Source of the DNA: Mayamaea pseudoterrestris
Lineage: Eukaryota
Direction: 5' to 3'
Assembly (NCBI GenBank): GCA_027923505.1
Contig: BROI01000021.1
Span: 124,001-188,000, forward strand
DNA length: 64,000 nt
The first letter of the stretch is position 1. Each line of letters opens with the position of its first letter. Made by a program: the position numbers and the translations under genes. Positions 10,630-20,744 of this stretch are shown in pieces. The notes under the pieces were generated by a model that had not been told where the DNA came from, made no database searches, and worked only from the letters and a program-made list of their open reading frames with translations.

Positions 10630-13600
10630 ATGGCCAAGTCGCGCCGCAACAAGTCTTCTCCTCTAGACGAGGAAGGCGAGCCTCCAAAGCCAGTGAGTTC
10701 CGATAGTGAAGAAGAAGAAATCGATTTTGCAAATGATGTGGATGATAAAGCCACTGCTGCGGATGACTTTTCTGCTACAAGAAAAGCGACTTTATCTCCC
10801 ATGTCGCGCTTATTTGCTCCTTATCGAAGCCTTGGAATTGTTTCTTCGGGGTGTCCATTTGATATATTGTCGCACGAGACAGCCACTATGCTTTGCGTTC
10901 CCATTCAAGATCGCTTCCAGATTCTATCGGAACGTTTGCAACCCGTCATGGTGAGCCAACGAGTTAATCATGGGACGATACGATACTTGGTCGCGGATGC
11001 AACGCTCAGTGTTACTTTGGTGGCACACGGAGCAACGAGAGTGACACTGTTTCATCGCACCATGCCCCTGCAGACGAAATGCGTGCAGGATCAACAGTCG
11101 AGAGGTTGCAGCATTACAAGCTTGCTTCGCTTGGGACGGCTGCAAAAGGAAATGAAGGGGGAAAAGCAAGGCAAGACGGAGAATGCAGTCATTGTTGCTG
11201 CAGTTTTGGCGCGAAGTTTGTTGCCAAAAGATGCGAGCATTCCAGTTGTTGGCGACGATGAGGAGGAGGAGACGGAAGGCGACTTTGAAGAGAAAAATAC
11301 GACGCAGCCCGTTGATTTAAACAGTGTGTGCGGACAAGTCGTCATGATGATTGCTACCCGCGAGGATTTGGCGGTACAAGGACGAATTAATCTCGATTTC
11401 GTGCCCGTAATTGCCGTACATCCTCCCACCTATGTGAACAAAATTGTCGTTGCTGGATACAAGAATGTAACAACAGCTGAAGGAGACAGCGTCAAGCATC
11501 CTGCTATGAATTTAATCAACGTTCGATCCGGCAAAGTTTTATACGTGTTTAATTGCTTGCCTGTTACGAATGATGCGTATGTCACGACCCTGGAAGCGTC
11601 GCCAGCCGTTGATACTCTCGCCGTCGGTACAAGCAGCGGAAAGGTACATTTGATTAATGTACTTCATGACAAACTTTTGTTTACGCTGGATCACAAGTCG
11701 ATTTACAAAGTGCCTGTATCAATTACATCCATTTCGTTTCGAACAGACTCGTCGGCCTTTCAATATGGAATAGCGCCCATGGCGGTTGGTCGGAACGATG
11801 ACATCATAACTATATGGGACTTGACGCCATCCGAAAACCATAGTGGTGCACAAAAAGTGTTGACAGAGCTTGAAAATGTGCATGTTGGCGGAGTCGGTTA
11901 CTTGCAATACCTGCCGCATGAACCACTGCTCGTCTCGATTGGTATACAATCAAATTCGATTGTCATGCACCTCTTTGACAGTCCCAATCATACTGGTCGC
12001 ATCTTGCGGCAACGCAAGGGTCATTCTTCACCACCGAATTTAATTCGTTATCTACATCCCGCCACAGGAGGTCTTACACAGCATGATGGGACGGATGCGT
12101 TGGCTTGCCAAATACTTTCCACAGGTGGCAGTGACCGATCTTTGCGAGTATTTTCAACGGCGCGAACCATTTTGGATAAGGAATATAGCCAAGGTCCTGG
12201 CTTGGAAAAGCGAGCCAGGAAGCTAGGCATAAGGGCGGCGGATATAATGCTCCCTCCTGTCACGGCTTTGGCGGTTTCGGAATCTAATCGACGCGATTGG
12301 GGCGATCTTGTGACTATTCATCGAGATCATCCATTTGCCTACGTTTGGAGCAACACGCGGGGATCACAGTCGGGCCCGCTTTTAAAACAAGCTGGCTGGA
12401 ATATTAGTGCAATGAAGGCTGCGCCGTCGCGTCAGACGCATGCTACTTCAGTCTGCATGTCAGCATGTGGACATTTTGCAATAGTTGGTACTCGCGGCGG
12501 ATTTATTTACAAGTATAATGTTCAAAGTGGACATGCTCGTGGTGCGTATCCTCGTACGATTGAAGTAGACGCAAATGGAAAGAAACAAAAAAGTAGATTA
12601 CCTGGTGACGTTGGCCGAACAATGAAGGCGCTCGAATCAAAGATGAAAATTAGCAATCGGGTATCTAATCTCGACAAGCACGATATTGATGGGCGGAACA
12701 ATGCTGCGTTGGAACAGGCTCGCAGCACGAGGCTTGCCGCTGCATCGCATAAGGGATCTGCAGTCACCGGTCTTGCCGTTGATTCACTGAACAAGTTTCT
12801 TGTCTCCGTCGGAGAGGACAAGAAACTGGTCGTCTGGCACTTTACGACGCATGTCCCTCACTGCAAGAGTCCATTCATCCTGCCGTTTCCTGCTGTAAAA
12901 CTGAAACATGTTCGCGAATCAGATCTCGCAGCAATCGCCTTAAAGGACTATTCTGTCGTGCTATTTGACTGTACTTCACTTTCAATTGTGCGACGCTTTG
13001 GAGCGCAAGGCTATTTCGCTCGTCACGGAGGTCCTGTTACCGATCTTGCCTTCAGTCCGGATGCTCGAACTCTCTACACGGCGTCAATGGATAGATCTAT
13101 ACGTGTGTTCGATGTGCCGACAAATGCATGCATTGACTGGCTTTCTTTTAAGTCGGCTCCGACGTCGTTGACAATTAGCCCAACTGGAGAATATCTGGCG
13201 ACAACACACCATGACAGAGTTGGCATTTGCGTTTGGAGCGATCGAAGCTACTATCAAACGATTCATATGGACTCATTGTACTCTACCGAGCCAGTCAGAA
13301 TGGACGAGCCGACGCCAATGCTCGATAAGAATCGCGCAAACTGTTCCTCGGTAGACGTTAGTTTGTTAGTCGATGCGACGTATGGCCCCAACAAAAATCG
13401 TATGCAAGCTGATGATGGAACAAGACCTTGTTCGAAAAAGGGCGGACTCGTGACTTTCTCCGGGCTACCTCATGCGCATTGGAAGAATATATTCTACTTG
13501 GAGCTTGTTAAGCTGAGAAATAAGCCAAGTGAAGCTCCGAAGAAGCCGCCAACCGCTCCCTTTTTCTTGCAGTGGCGAAACGGTGAGGCTGTCTCCGACG

Positions 13601-14247
13601 CGAAAGATCATAACATGGACGCGGCGAAAGAGGAAACATTTGGAACGGACAATAACGACGACTGGGCGAAGGCGTGGTCCGATGAAGAATATGGTCAGGA
13701 GACGTTACCATGTAGTAATGGACTCGATTCAAAGCGAAATATGTCACAAGTAGATATTGAAGATGCAACAGGAGCCAAACGACACAAGATCTTTCATGTC
13801 AGATCGCAACTAGCGTCGCTGCTCACAGAGACAGCAGCGTCTTCGGGAAGTCAACGACGTTACCAACATGTTACAGAGCACATTGCTACACTCGGTCCAT
13901 CGGCCATTGATGTTGCCCTCGCCTCGTTATGCAATGGCTTCCATGATTTAAATTTCGGGTTACCTTTATTGCGGAGCGCTGCTGCGTGGCTCATCGAGGC
14001 GCTGTTAACGGGCGAGCGCTTTGAAGCTGTCAATGCGTACCTTCATCGATTCTTGTTTCTCCATGCTGCTGTCATTGCTGGGCTAGAAATTCTCGATGCG
14101 GCAGATGAGCGTCACATGGAAGATCGTCGGCATTTGATGGAAGCAATCACGCAGCTTCGACGAGCGCAGGAGAAGGCTTCGCATGCTTTAAACAACAAGA
14201 TGCAGCATGGACTTTGTCTACTACGACATTTCTCGCGTATGGTGTAA
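10630..14247 (+). CDS. UTP21: U3 snoRNA-associated WD40 protein Utp21/WDR36
   Basis: 1205-aa intronless ORF. SRLFAPYRSLG start, HPPTYVNKI, many WD repeats, and the C-terminal signature VTFSGLPHAHWKNIFYLELVKLRNKPSEAPKKPPTAPFFL. Confidence 0.92.
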   Translation: MAKSRRNKSSPLDEEGEPPKPVSSDSEEEEIDFANDVDDKATAADDFSATRKATLSPMSRLFAPYRSLGIVSSGCPFDILSHETATMLCVPIQDRFQILSERLQPVMVSQRVNHGTIRYLVADATLSVTLVAHGATRVTLFHRTMPLQTKCVQDQQSRGCSITSLLRLGRLQKEMKGEKQGKTENAVIVAAVLARSLLPKDASIPVVGDDEEEETEGDFEEKNTTQPVDLNSVCGQVVMMIATREDLAVQGRINLDFVPVIAVHPPTYVNKIVVAGYKNVTTAEGDSVKHPAMNLINVRSGKVLYVFNCLPVTNDAYVTTLEASPAVDTLAVGTSSGKVHLINVLHDKLLFTLDHKSIYKVPVSITSISFRTDSSAFQYGIAPMAVGRNDDIITIWDLTPSENHSGAQKVLTELENVHVGGVGYLQYLPHEPLLVSIGIQSNSIVMHLFDSPNHTGRILRQRKGHSSPPNLIRYLHPATGGLTQHDGTDALACQILSTGGSDRSLRVFSTARTILDKEYSQGPGLEKRARKLGIRAADIMLPPVTALAVSESNRRDWGDLVTIHRDHPFAYVWSNTRGSQSGPLLKQAGWNISAMKAAPSRQTHATSVCMSACGHFAIVGTRGGFIYKYNVQSGHARGAYPRTIEVDANGKKQKSRLPGDVGRTMKALESKMKISNRVSNLDKHDIDGRNNAALEQARSTRLAAASHKGSAVTGLAVDSLNKFLVSVGEDKKLVVWHFTTHVPHCKSPFILPFPAVKLKHVRESDLAAIALKDYSVVLFDCTSLSIVRRFGAQGYFARHGGPVTDLAFSPDARTLYTASMDRSIRVFDVPTNACIDWLSFKSAPTSLTISPTGEYLATTHHDRVGICVWSDRSYYQTIHMDSLYSTEPVRMDEPTPMLDKNRANCSSVDVSLLVDATYGPNKNRMQADDGTRPCSKKGGLVTFSGLPHAHWKNIFYLELVKLRNKPSEAPKKPPTAPFFLQWRNGEAVSDAKDHNMDAAKEETFGTDNNDDWAKAWSDEEYGQETLPCSNGLDSKRNMSQVDIEDATGAKRHKIFHVRSQLASLLTETAASSGSQRRYQHVTEHIATLGPSAIDVALASLCNGFHDLNFGLPLLRSAAAWLIEALLTGERFEAVNAYLHRFLFLHAAVIAGLEILDAADERHMEDRRHLMEAITQLRRAQEKASHALNNKMQHGLCLLRHFSRMV

Positions 14248-14277
14248 CATAACATCGTATCTAGTACGTTAACATCT

Positions 14278-16957
14278 TTAACTTAAATAGTATCGACTTC
14301 CGCTGCCGGTTTTCACGATACTCCCAGCTTTCGCTCCCCGAGACACAGCCGAAGTCGTAACTTCTTCGCCATCTTTGAAATTTTTGGATCCACGAATTCG
14401 TCCCGTAATAGAGCCATTGGCATTTTGTTTCCATCTTGATAATTCTGGCACTCCCGGTGGAGGACCTGCAGACTTTGAGCCTTGTGTTTTACCGCCACCA
14501 AAAAGCGAAAGGGTAGGCCTAGCTGGTGCTGGCGCAGGTGTTTCAGGCTTCAATTGGGGCTTAGAGGCGTTACCAAATATTGATAATGTACCTTGCTTAT
14601 TTGATAATTTCGGAGGACTCTTTGTCGAAGCTGGCATTGCCAATGATTTGGCATTTGATACTTTACCACCAAAGATTGAAAAAGCCGACTTCTTTGCCGG
14701 TGTTGGTGCAGAAATGGAAGCTTGTTTTGCATCAGGTACAGGAGCGTTAAAAAATGGAAATGTCGGCTTGGAGGGCCTTGGTGCAGGTTTTGGTGAAGGA
14801 GCAGGCGCTTGCTTTAACTTTCGATTCGCCGGGGAGAAGAAGGAGAACGATTGACCAGTCTGCTTCTTCGCGGGTGCAGCTGCTGGCTTTGATGTTAACG
14901 CTTTCGACTTTAGTGCAGGCGGTGAAAAGAAGGACATAGTGGGTGCACTCGGCTTTTTAGCCGGTGCTGGAGCGGGTGCAGTGACTGGCGAAGAACCACT
15001 TGACGGTGCCGACTTCGGTGAGAAGAATGAGAGTCCAGGCGAATTAACCTTCTTTGCTGGCGTAGGGGAAGGGACAGGCGTAGATAGCTTTTGTTTAGAA
15101 ACAGATTCCTTTTTTAACCCACCAAAAATTGAAGCGAATGCTTCAGTAACTGGATCTGAAACATCAATCTTGCTAGGGACCGTAAGCGGTTTAGATTCAA
15201 CAGGCTTGACCGACCTTTTGACAACTTCTGGTGTCGACAAGAAGGAGTTTGTCGTTGCTGCCGGCTGCTTCACTAAGGGAGCAGACCTTTTTAAAGCAGG
15301 AGCTGGCGCGGGTCTTCCAGTCAATTCCTTCGGGATCAAACCGTTCAAAGCTGAAAAATCCAACATAGGCTTTTTCTTCTCTTTGGGATTGGTAGAAGGC
15401 GCCCTGAAATTTGGGAGGCTGAGCTCAATTTCAACCTTAGGTGCTTCAGCCTTTTGTGCTGTTGGTTCAACCTTTAAGCTTTGAAAGGCAGAGAACAAAC
15501 TTTTTTTTGCCGGTTCCGGTACTCGGCTCTTGGATCGAGCAAGCTGCTGTTGCTTCTCTTCCCACTCTCGTGCCTTCTTCCGTGCAATTTCCGCTGCTTG
15601 TTCGTCAAACGCACGACGCTGGGCAGCCAACGCTGCATCTTTGGCCGCTTGCGCATTTGCTGCGGCAATAACCTTCGCTTCCTCGTCCGCTAGTTGCTTA
15701 GCAAGCTTCGCTTCTTGTTCCTTTTGACGAGATTGCCGTTCCTTTTCGTTGGCAGCGCGGCGCTCCTCGGCTGTCTTGCCTTGCCACTCCTTCAACTTGA
15801 TACGCTTCGCTTCAAGTTCCTTCTGTCTAGCAGCTTCTACTTCCTGATTCTGCTTTCGTTCTTTTTCGGCCCGCGATTGCAGCTCGGCTTGCTTTTTGGC
15901 AGTAGTTTCAGCTTCGCGACGCCTACTCTCAGCTTCGTTGATGTCAGCAGACGCAACCGCCTTTCGAGGTGCTGGAGTAGGAGCAGGAGATGTGGCAACA
16001 TTACTTTTAGATGACATGGCATCGTACTCCTCCTCGGTACAGTCTGCATACTCATTCAGCTTAATTTCTTTTCCAGACTCTTTCGCAAAATCTTCCATGA
16101 CAAGAAAATTCTTGCTGAATGATGGAAAACGCTCTTCGGATGGTTTCTTCTCAAACTGTTTGCACCAATCCAAGTAGGCGGATCGAATGCGAGCTTCTCG
16201 TGCTAAACTATCCGAAACTTCCAGCCCATCCTCGTCGATCCCTTGCATGGAATCGACCGCCGCCTCAAGCTCTTCAACAGATTCCAATCCTAATTTTTCT
16301 ACGAGCAACTGTAAAGATGGTAAAAGCAGGATTGATTAGCGAAACGACCAAATGACAAACCATACGGCAATCGTGCACAATCAGTATCACCAGTACGGTA
16401 CGTACTCGCTCTTCCTCCGCAAGTGCATCAGCCGCTTCTGCTAAAGCTTCTGAGGCGGCAGACTGCGACTGAGCTGCTTCGACAGCCTTTCCAAGGACGT
16501 CGCCTGTGGACATGGGCTTGGTTGTTCCTTGCGATTTGCTACTCATCAATTCTTGGTATTCAGCTTCAGTGCAATCACCATACTCGTTCAATGTGAGCTC
16601 CGGTCCAGGTGAATCGTTCTTGTCGCGGGCTTGCTTCTTGGCCGAAATGTTAGCAACCGTAATGGTTTCGTAGTTGTTGCGAAAGTTTTGGTAGCGTGAT
16701 TCGTCTGGCGTTTGATTGAACTTGGAGCACCATTCCTTGTAAGCCAAGCGAGCAGGAGCATCGTATGGAATGCTGACATCCATGCCAACGGATGAAGAAG
16801 ACTCGTCAACGACGGAGAGTCTGGTTGGCGCAAGTCGACTACTCGTTGCTACTTTTGTTGTTGATGAATGGAAGGATGTCGAAGTCGTGAAGGCATGACT
16901 CGAGGGAGTCGCAATGGACGCCAAGACAAAGAGAATGGCTGAGTATGGAAGCTTCAT
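14278..16957 (-). CDS. Predicted plastid-targeted 860-aa protein: two I29-like domains, coiled coil, Pro/Ala/Lys linker with Phe motifs, small C-terminal domain; exons 16957-16406 and 16308-14278
   Basis: Signal peptide + SHA-F + Ser/Thr-rich transit-like peptide. A phase-0 GTACGT..TTTACAG intron (16405-16309) joins the 227-aa and 676-aa ORFs. Confidence 0.8.
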
Positions 16958-17117
16958 ACCTTATCTGATGGCTGGCAGAGACGAGTGAGAGCCTTCGCTA
17001 TAGATTGCCTTGATATTGATAGGAATTTACGATGGATGGCAGCGGGATCAAGACCATCAATACGCGAACGAATGAGGTTTGTCGCGCGTTCAACTTGAGA
17101 TCGAAACCGAAAGATCG

Positions 17118-17179
17118 GTGAGTGACGCACTCACGTGACGTGGTTTTGCTGTCGCTTTTAGTGTACTTGCATGACGTCA
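17118..17179. promoter_or_regulatory. Cluster of bZIP/G-box-type elements in a divergent promoter
   Basis: GTGAGTG-acg-CACTCAC inverted repeat (17118-17134), CACGTG (17132), TGACGT (17136) and TGACGTCA (17172). Confidence 0.4.
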
Positions 17180-17269
17180 CAGTATGGTGTGATTACCGTA
17201 GCGACATGTACATTCTTCGTCGGTGATGAACATCATTCGCCATGGAGGAAATCGCCATGAGCGCTGAAT

Positions 17270-18535
17270 ATGTTATACGGCGGCGGTTTTTTCGGCTGCT
17301 CCTTTGCCTTACTATTAATGCTTCAGCATCGTCCTAAGCTATCTACTGCATTTGGCTTAAATCCCTTTGTATCAAGACCGATCTTCGCTCGAAGGTTACT
17401 ACCGGTCTCCATCAAAATGGCCTCGAGCACCGTCTGCAGCCGCAGCCATCACACTTTCATTTCCATTCAAGACGCAATTGGAAATCACGGACAAGAAAAT
17501 GTCGCCTTTGTCGATGGCTCTTGGTTTTTGAATAAAGCTGAGCGAAACGCGCGTCAAGCGTTTGAAGCGGGACCAAGAATTCAAGGCGCTACATTCTTCG
17601 ATATTGACGACGTTTGCACTCCACATGAATCGTTAATCCACATGATGCCGAGTCCGCAACTATTTGGAGCCATTATGGATATCATGAACATATCAAACGA
17701 TAGCATGGTCATTCTCTATGGACAGGAGCAATGTCCCATGGTACATCGCGCTTGGTACACCTTTCTGGCCATGGGACACGGTCTTGAGCGAACCAAAGTC
17801 TTGGATGGATCTATAATGGATTGGAAGGCTGCAGGAGGACCAGTGGAGGAGCTTCCGACAGACACATTCTATGTGAAACATGTGAAAGATATGCAAGTAG
17901 GAGGACCAATGGAAGACCTACCGAACGACACATTCTTTGCCAACGATATGCAAGTAGGTGGACCAGCGGAAAACCTTCCGAACGACACATTCTATTCCAA
18001 CGATATGCAGTTAGAGAATGCATTGCGTACAAACCGTATCAAGACGCGATACCAGGCTACAGGGCCTCGGCAGGTGGTTGATATGCAACGCGTCTTGCAG
18101 GTGGTGGCAGGTTTTCGGTCTTCCATGGCTTCGGACGACATAATTGTTGACGCTCGATCTGCAGAGCGTTTCAATGCACAAGCACCCGAGCCTCGTCAAG
18201 GTCTTCGGCGCGGGCACATGCCTGGCGCAAAGAATGTATTTTTTGCCTCCTTGCTGCGACCTGACAATCTTAATCGACTTGCTCCACGAGACGAATTGTT
18301 GGCGCACTTCGCACAAGCTGGCGTACGAATTGAAACAATGGACAAATCAACGAATTTTATAACGACCTGCGGTAGTGGAGCAACGGCCTGCACTGTAGCG
18401 GCCGCCCTGATGGAATGCGGCATTGATCCGGCAAGAATATTCATCTACGATGGGAGCTGGATGGAGTGGGGTGCCAGTCCGGATGCACCAATAGTCGCAA
18501 CAACCGACTACTGTACTAGTAGCAATTTAAGTTGA
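17270..18535 (+). CDS. MPST: 3-mercaptopyruvate/thiosulfate sulfurtransferase (two rhodanese domains), organelle-targeted
   Basis: VDGSWF, RIQGATFFDID, HMMPS, VDARSAERF, PEPRQGLRRGHMPGA, active-site CGSGATAC, YDGSWMEW. N-terminal presequence contains STA-F. Confidence 0.92.
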   Translation: MLYGGGFFGCSFALLLMLQHRPKLSTAFGLNPFVSRPIFARRLLPVSIKMASSTVCSRSHHTFISIQDAIGNHGQENVAFVDGSWFLNKAERNARQAFEAGPRIQGATFFDIDDVCTPHESLIHMMPSPQLFGAIMDIMNISNDSMVILYGQEQCPMVHRAWYTFLAMGHGLERTKVLDGSIMDWKAAGGPVEELPTDTFYVKHVKDMQVGGPMEDLPNDTFFANDMQVGGPAENLPNDTFYSNDMQLENALRTNRIKTRYQATGPRQVVDMQRVLQVVAGFRSSMASDDIIVDARSAERFNAQAPEPRQGLRRGHMPGAKNVFFASLLRPDNLNRLAPRDELLAHFAQAGVRIETMDKSTNFITTCGSGATACTVAAALMECGIDPARIFIYDGSWMEWGASPDAPIVATTDYCTSSNLS

Positions 18536-18563
18536 ACTAACGATAGGTAAAATGATGGGTTTA

Positions 18564-20594
18564 CTACAAGAGACCTTGTCGTGCCAAATCTTCATAGGTG
18601 GCCCTCGATAGTATATTGCCATTTGAATCTTCATACTCTTCTTCGTAACCATTGTCGAATTGCTCATGCTGCAGCTTCATTTGCAAGGCCGTCCACAATT
18701 CTTGTGCATCCTGAATGGTAGTCACCCCATGAAAATGCTTTGTGTTTGGTATTCCCAAACTCCTCATACCCAAACTATGCTTTGCATCAGCAAAGTGCAG
18801 CTCAAAGTTGCGTCGGCCCCGATAAGTTTCGCCGCCGCAAATTTCGCACGGGTAATAGTGGTTTAAGCCGTGCAACTTAAAAAGCCAGTAGGGTATGGGC
18901 TTGCCATCAAAGTCAAGCGGAACGTTCTTTGGATTGTAGATCGGGCCATCTTCGCTGTCATCGTCGTCATCGCCACCGGCGATTTTCGGCCTACCGAAAT
19001 CATTTCCAAATAACTCCTCTTCCACTTCCTTGTCTTGCTCTTCGAGCGTTTGCGTTAAGCGTCGTTCCGCTCTACGAATAGTGGCATCAAGCGTTGGTGC
19101 GAGCTGGTCTAGCAACGCCGCAACAATGGCTTCCTGCCTGGCAATATCAACGCGCCGATCCAAGGTGACGATTGTATCAGCTATTGTAATATCAGAAGCG
19201 GTCCTACCCAATTTCTTAACGAACAGCTTGGCTGGTAAGTCTTTCAATGGCGTGTTCTTGGTCATGAGCAATCGCTTGGCTCGATCAAGTGGGGTTCCTC
19301 CGCATTTGAGTCCCAGCCGCGCAAGTTCCGCCTTGGTCATGTCGGCATCCACCTGGTCGACCAACTGCTCCGCAGTATCAAACTTTGACAAGTCCACGAG
19401 CCTTTGGGTCGTATCTTTTACTGTTGCGCCGACGTCGACGCGATCAGCAGCGTCAACAAGCATGTTGGCTTCGGCTGATTTCTCTTGCCACCCCTTGGCT
19501 CCTCCTGTCTTTCGCCATGTTGCTTCAAAGGCTTCAATGGCTGCTTCAAGGCATTTGGCAAGATTAAACAATGGAATCGTACGCTGCAAAAAGTCTCGCA
19601 AGTAAGCTTGCAATCTCGTCAGTAAACGGCTATATTTTCTGCGGTGCTGTAGTTTGCTTGTCTCTGAAAGTAAATGTAGCTTATCGAGTTGCTGCAAAAA
19701 GTCGGGATACAAAAATGCCGATTTAGCGCTCACTTGGTCATCTGTTGTAGTTTCACCAACAAAGACATCTTTGAGCGTCTCGAGAGCTTCCTCGTACAGT
19801 GACTCTAGCGCCAAATATTTTCCCATGACTTCCGCATCTGAAGAATCAACGTCAATGGGAGCTTGCACAACACTGCCCACCAAGTCGTACCCATCGACAG
19901 AAGGATTTCCAAGCCGCTGACGCTTCGTAGGCAATAATGGATTCGCATGCTTGGAATGATAGGCTTGAATTTCCTGCAAACGCTCGTCGAGAATGAATAG
20001 CCATGCCTCAGATGGAACTGATTTTGCAGCCTTGACCCAAGCCTCAAGCGCGGGTCCATCTGTACGACGATTGGCTTGAATGGATCCGGCAATCTCGGCG
20101 GCTCGTTTCAAAGACTTGTCAATGCAATGTCGAAGGACAGCTTTGGCGTACAAGCCTGATCCCAAATGAAGAGTTTCGTTTGCTGCTGAAAATGACGCTA
20201 ATTCTGTATTCCTCTGGTCGGGTTTCGTCGTCGCTGCAACGGCAGTCCATGCGTCTCGAATGCCTCCTGGAACAGAATCCGACAGATCAAATTCCAAGTC
20301 ATCCTTGTGTTTCAGTAGACTGCTAGCAAAGAAGAGCGAGGCTTCCAGATCAGATTCCTGGCAGCGCGCTTGCTCGAGTCGCTTGGTTGCTGTTCGGAGC
20401 GCTTGTCGACAGGATTCCACATTTTGCGGCGCAATTATCGTTTCCTGCTGCGAAAGTGATAAATTGGGATTTGAAAGAGGCGGAGGCGGAATGGACGACA
20501 TGATCAATGCATGTCCTAGCCAATAATCGCAAGTGGGTTCATGGTGGATGGTGGCCGCAAACTCCATCATGGTCCAATGTTTCGTTACTTTCAA
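18564..20594 (-). CDS. SF3A3: Splicing factor 3A subunit 3 (Prp9); true start may be a downstream Met (MSSIPPPP)
   Basis: LGLKCGGTPLDRAKRL, IYNPKNVPLDFDGKPIPYWLFKLHGLN, zinc finger CEICG..HF..H, EEYEDSNGN...TYEDLARQGLL. Confidence 0.95.
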   Translation of the reverse strand: MKVTKHWTMMEFAATIHHEPTCDYWLGHALIMSSIPPPPLSNPNLSLSQQETIIAPQNVESCRQALRTATKRLEQARCQESDLEASLFFASSLLKHKDDLEFDLSDSVPGGIRDAWTAVAATTKPDQRNTELASFSAANETLHLGSGLYAKAVLRHCIDKSLKRAAEIAGSIQANRRTDGPALEAWVKAAKSVPSEAWLFILDERLQEIQAYHSKHANPLLPTKRQRLGNPSVDGYDLVGSVVQAPIDVDSSDAEVMGKYLALESLYEEALETLKDVFVGETTTDDQVSAKSAFLYPDFLQQLDKLHLLSETSKLQHRRKYSRLLTRLQAYLRDFLQRTIPLFNLAKCLEAAIEAFEATWRKTGGAKGWQEKSAEANMLVDAADRVDVGATVKDTTQRLVDLSKFDTAEQLVDQVDADMTKAELARLGLKCGGTPLDRAKRLLMTKNTPLKDLPAKLFVKKLGRTASDITIADTIVTLDRRVDIARQEAIVAALLDQLAPTLDATIRRAERRLTQTLEEQDKEVEEELFGNDFGRPKIAGGDDDDDSEDGPIYNPKNVPLDFDGKPIPYWLFKLHGLNHYYPCEICGGETYRGRRNFELHFADAKHSLGMRSLGIPNTKHFHGVTTIQDAQELWTALQMKLQHEQFDNGYEEEYEDSNGNILSRATYEDLARQGLL

Positions 20595-20744
20595 AGTCGT
20601 AACGGTACTTGACTGGCTATGTCATGAACAGCGCGAGGCAGCCAAAAACGTTTATATATGCACCTGTCAACAAAAGGCGAGCCAGAAAAATCATAAACAA
20701 GTTGACACCAACTGATTTATAGTGAGTCTATGTAATGATTTACT

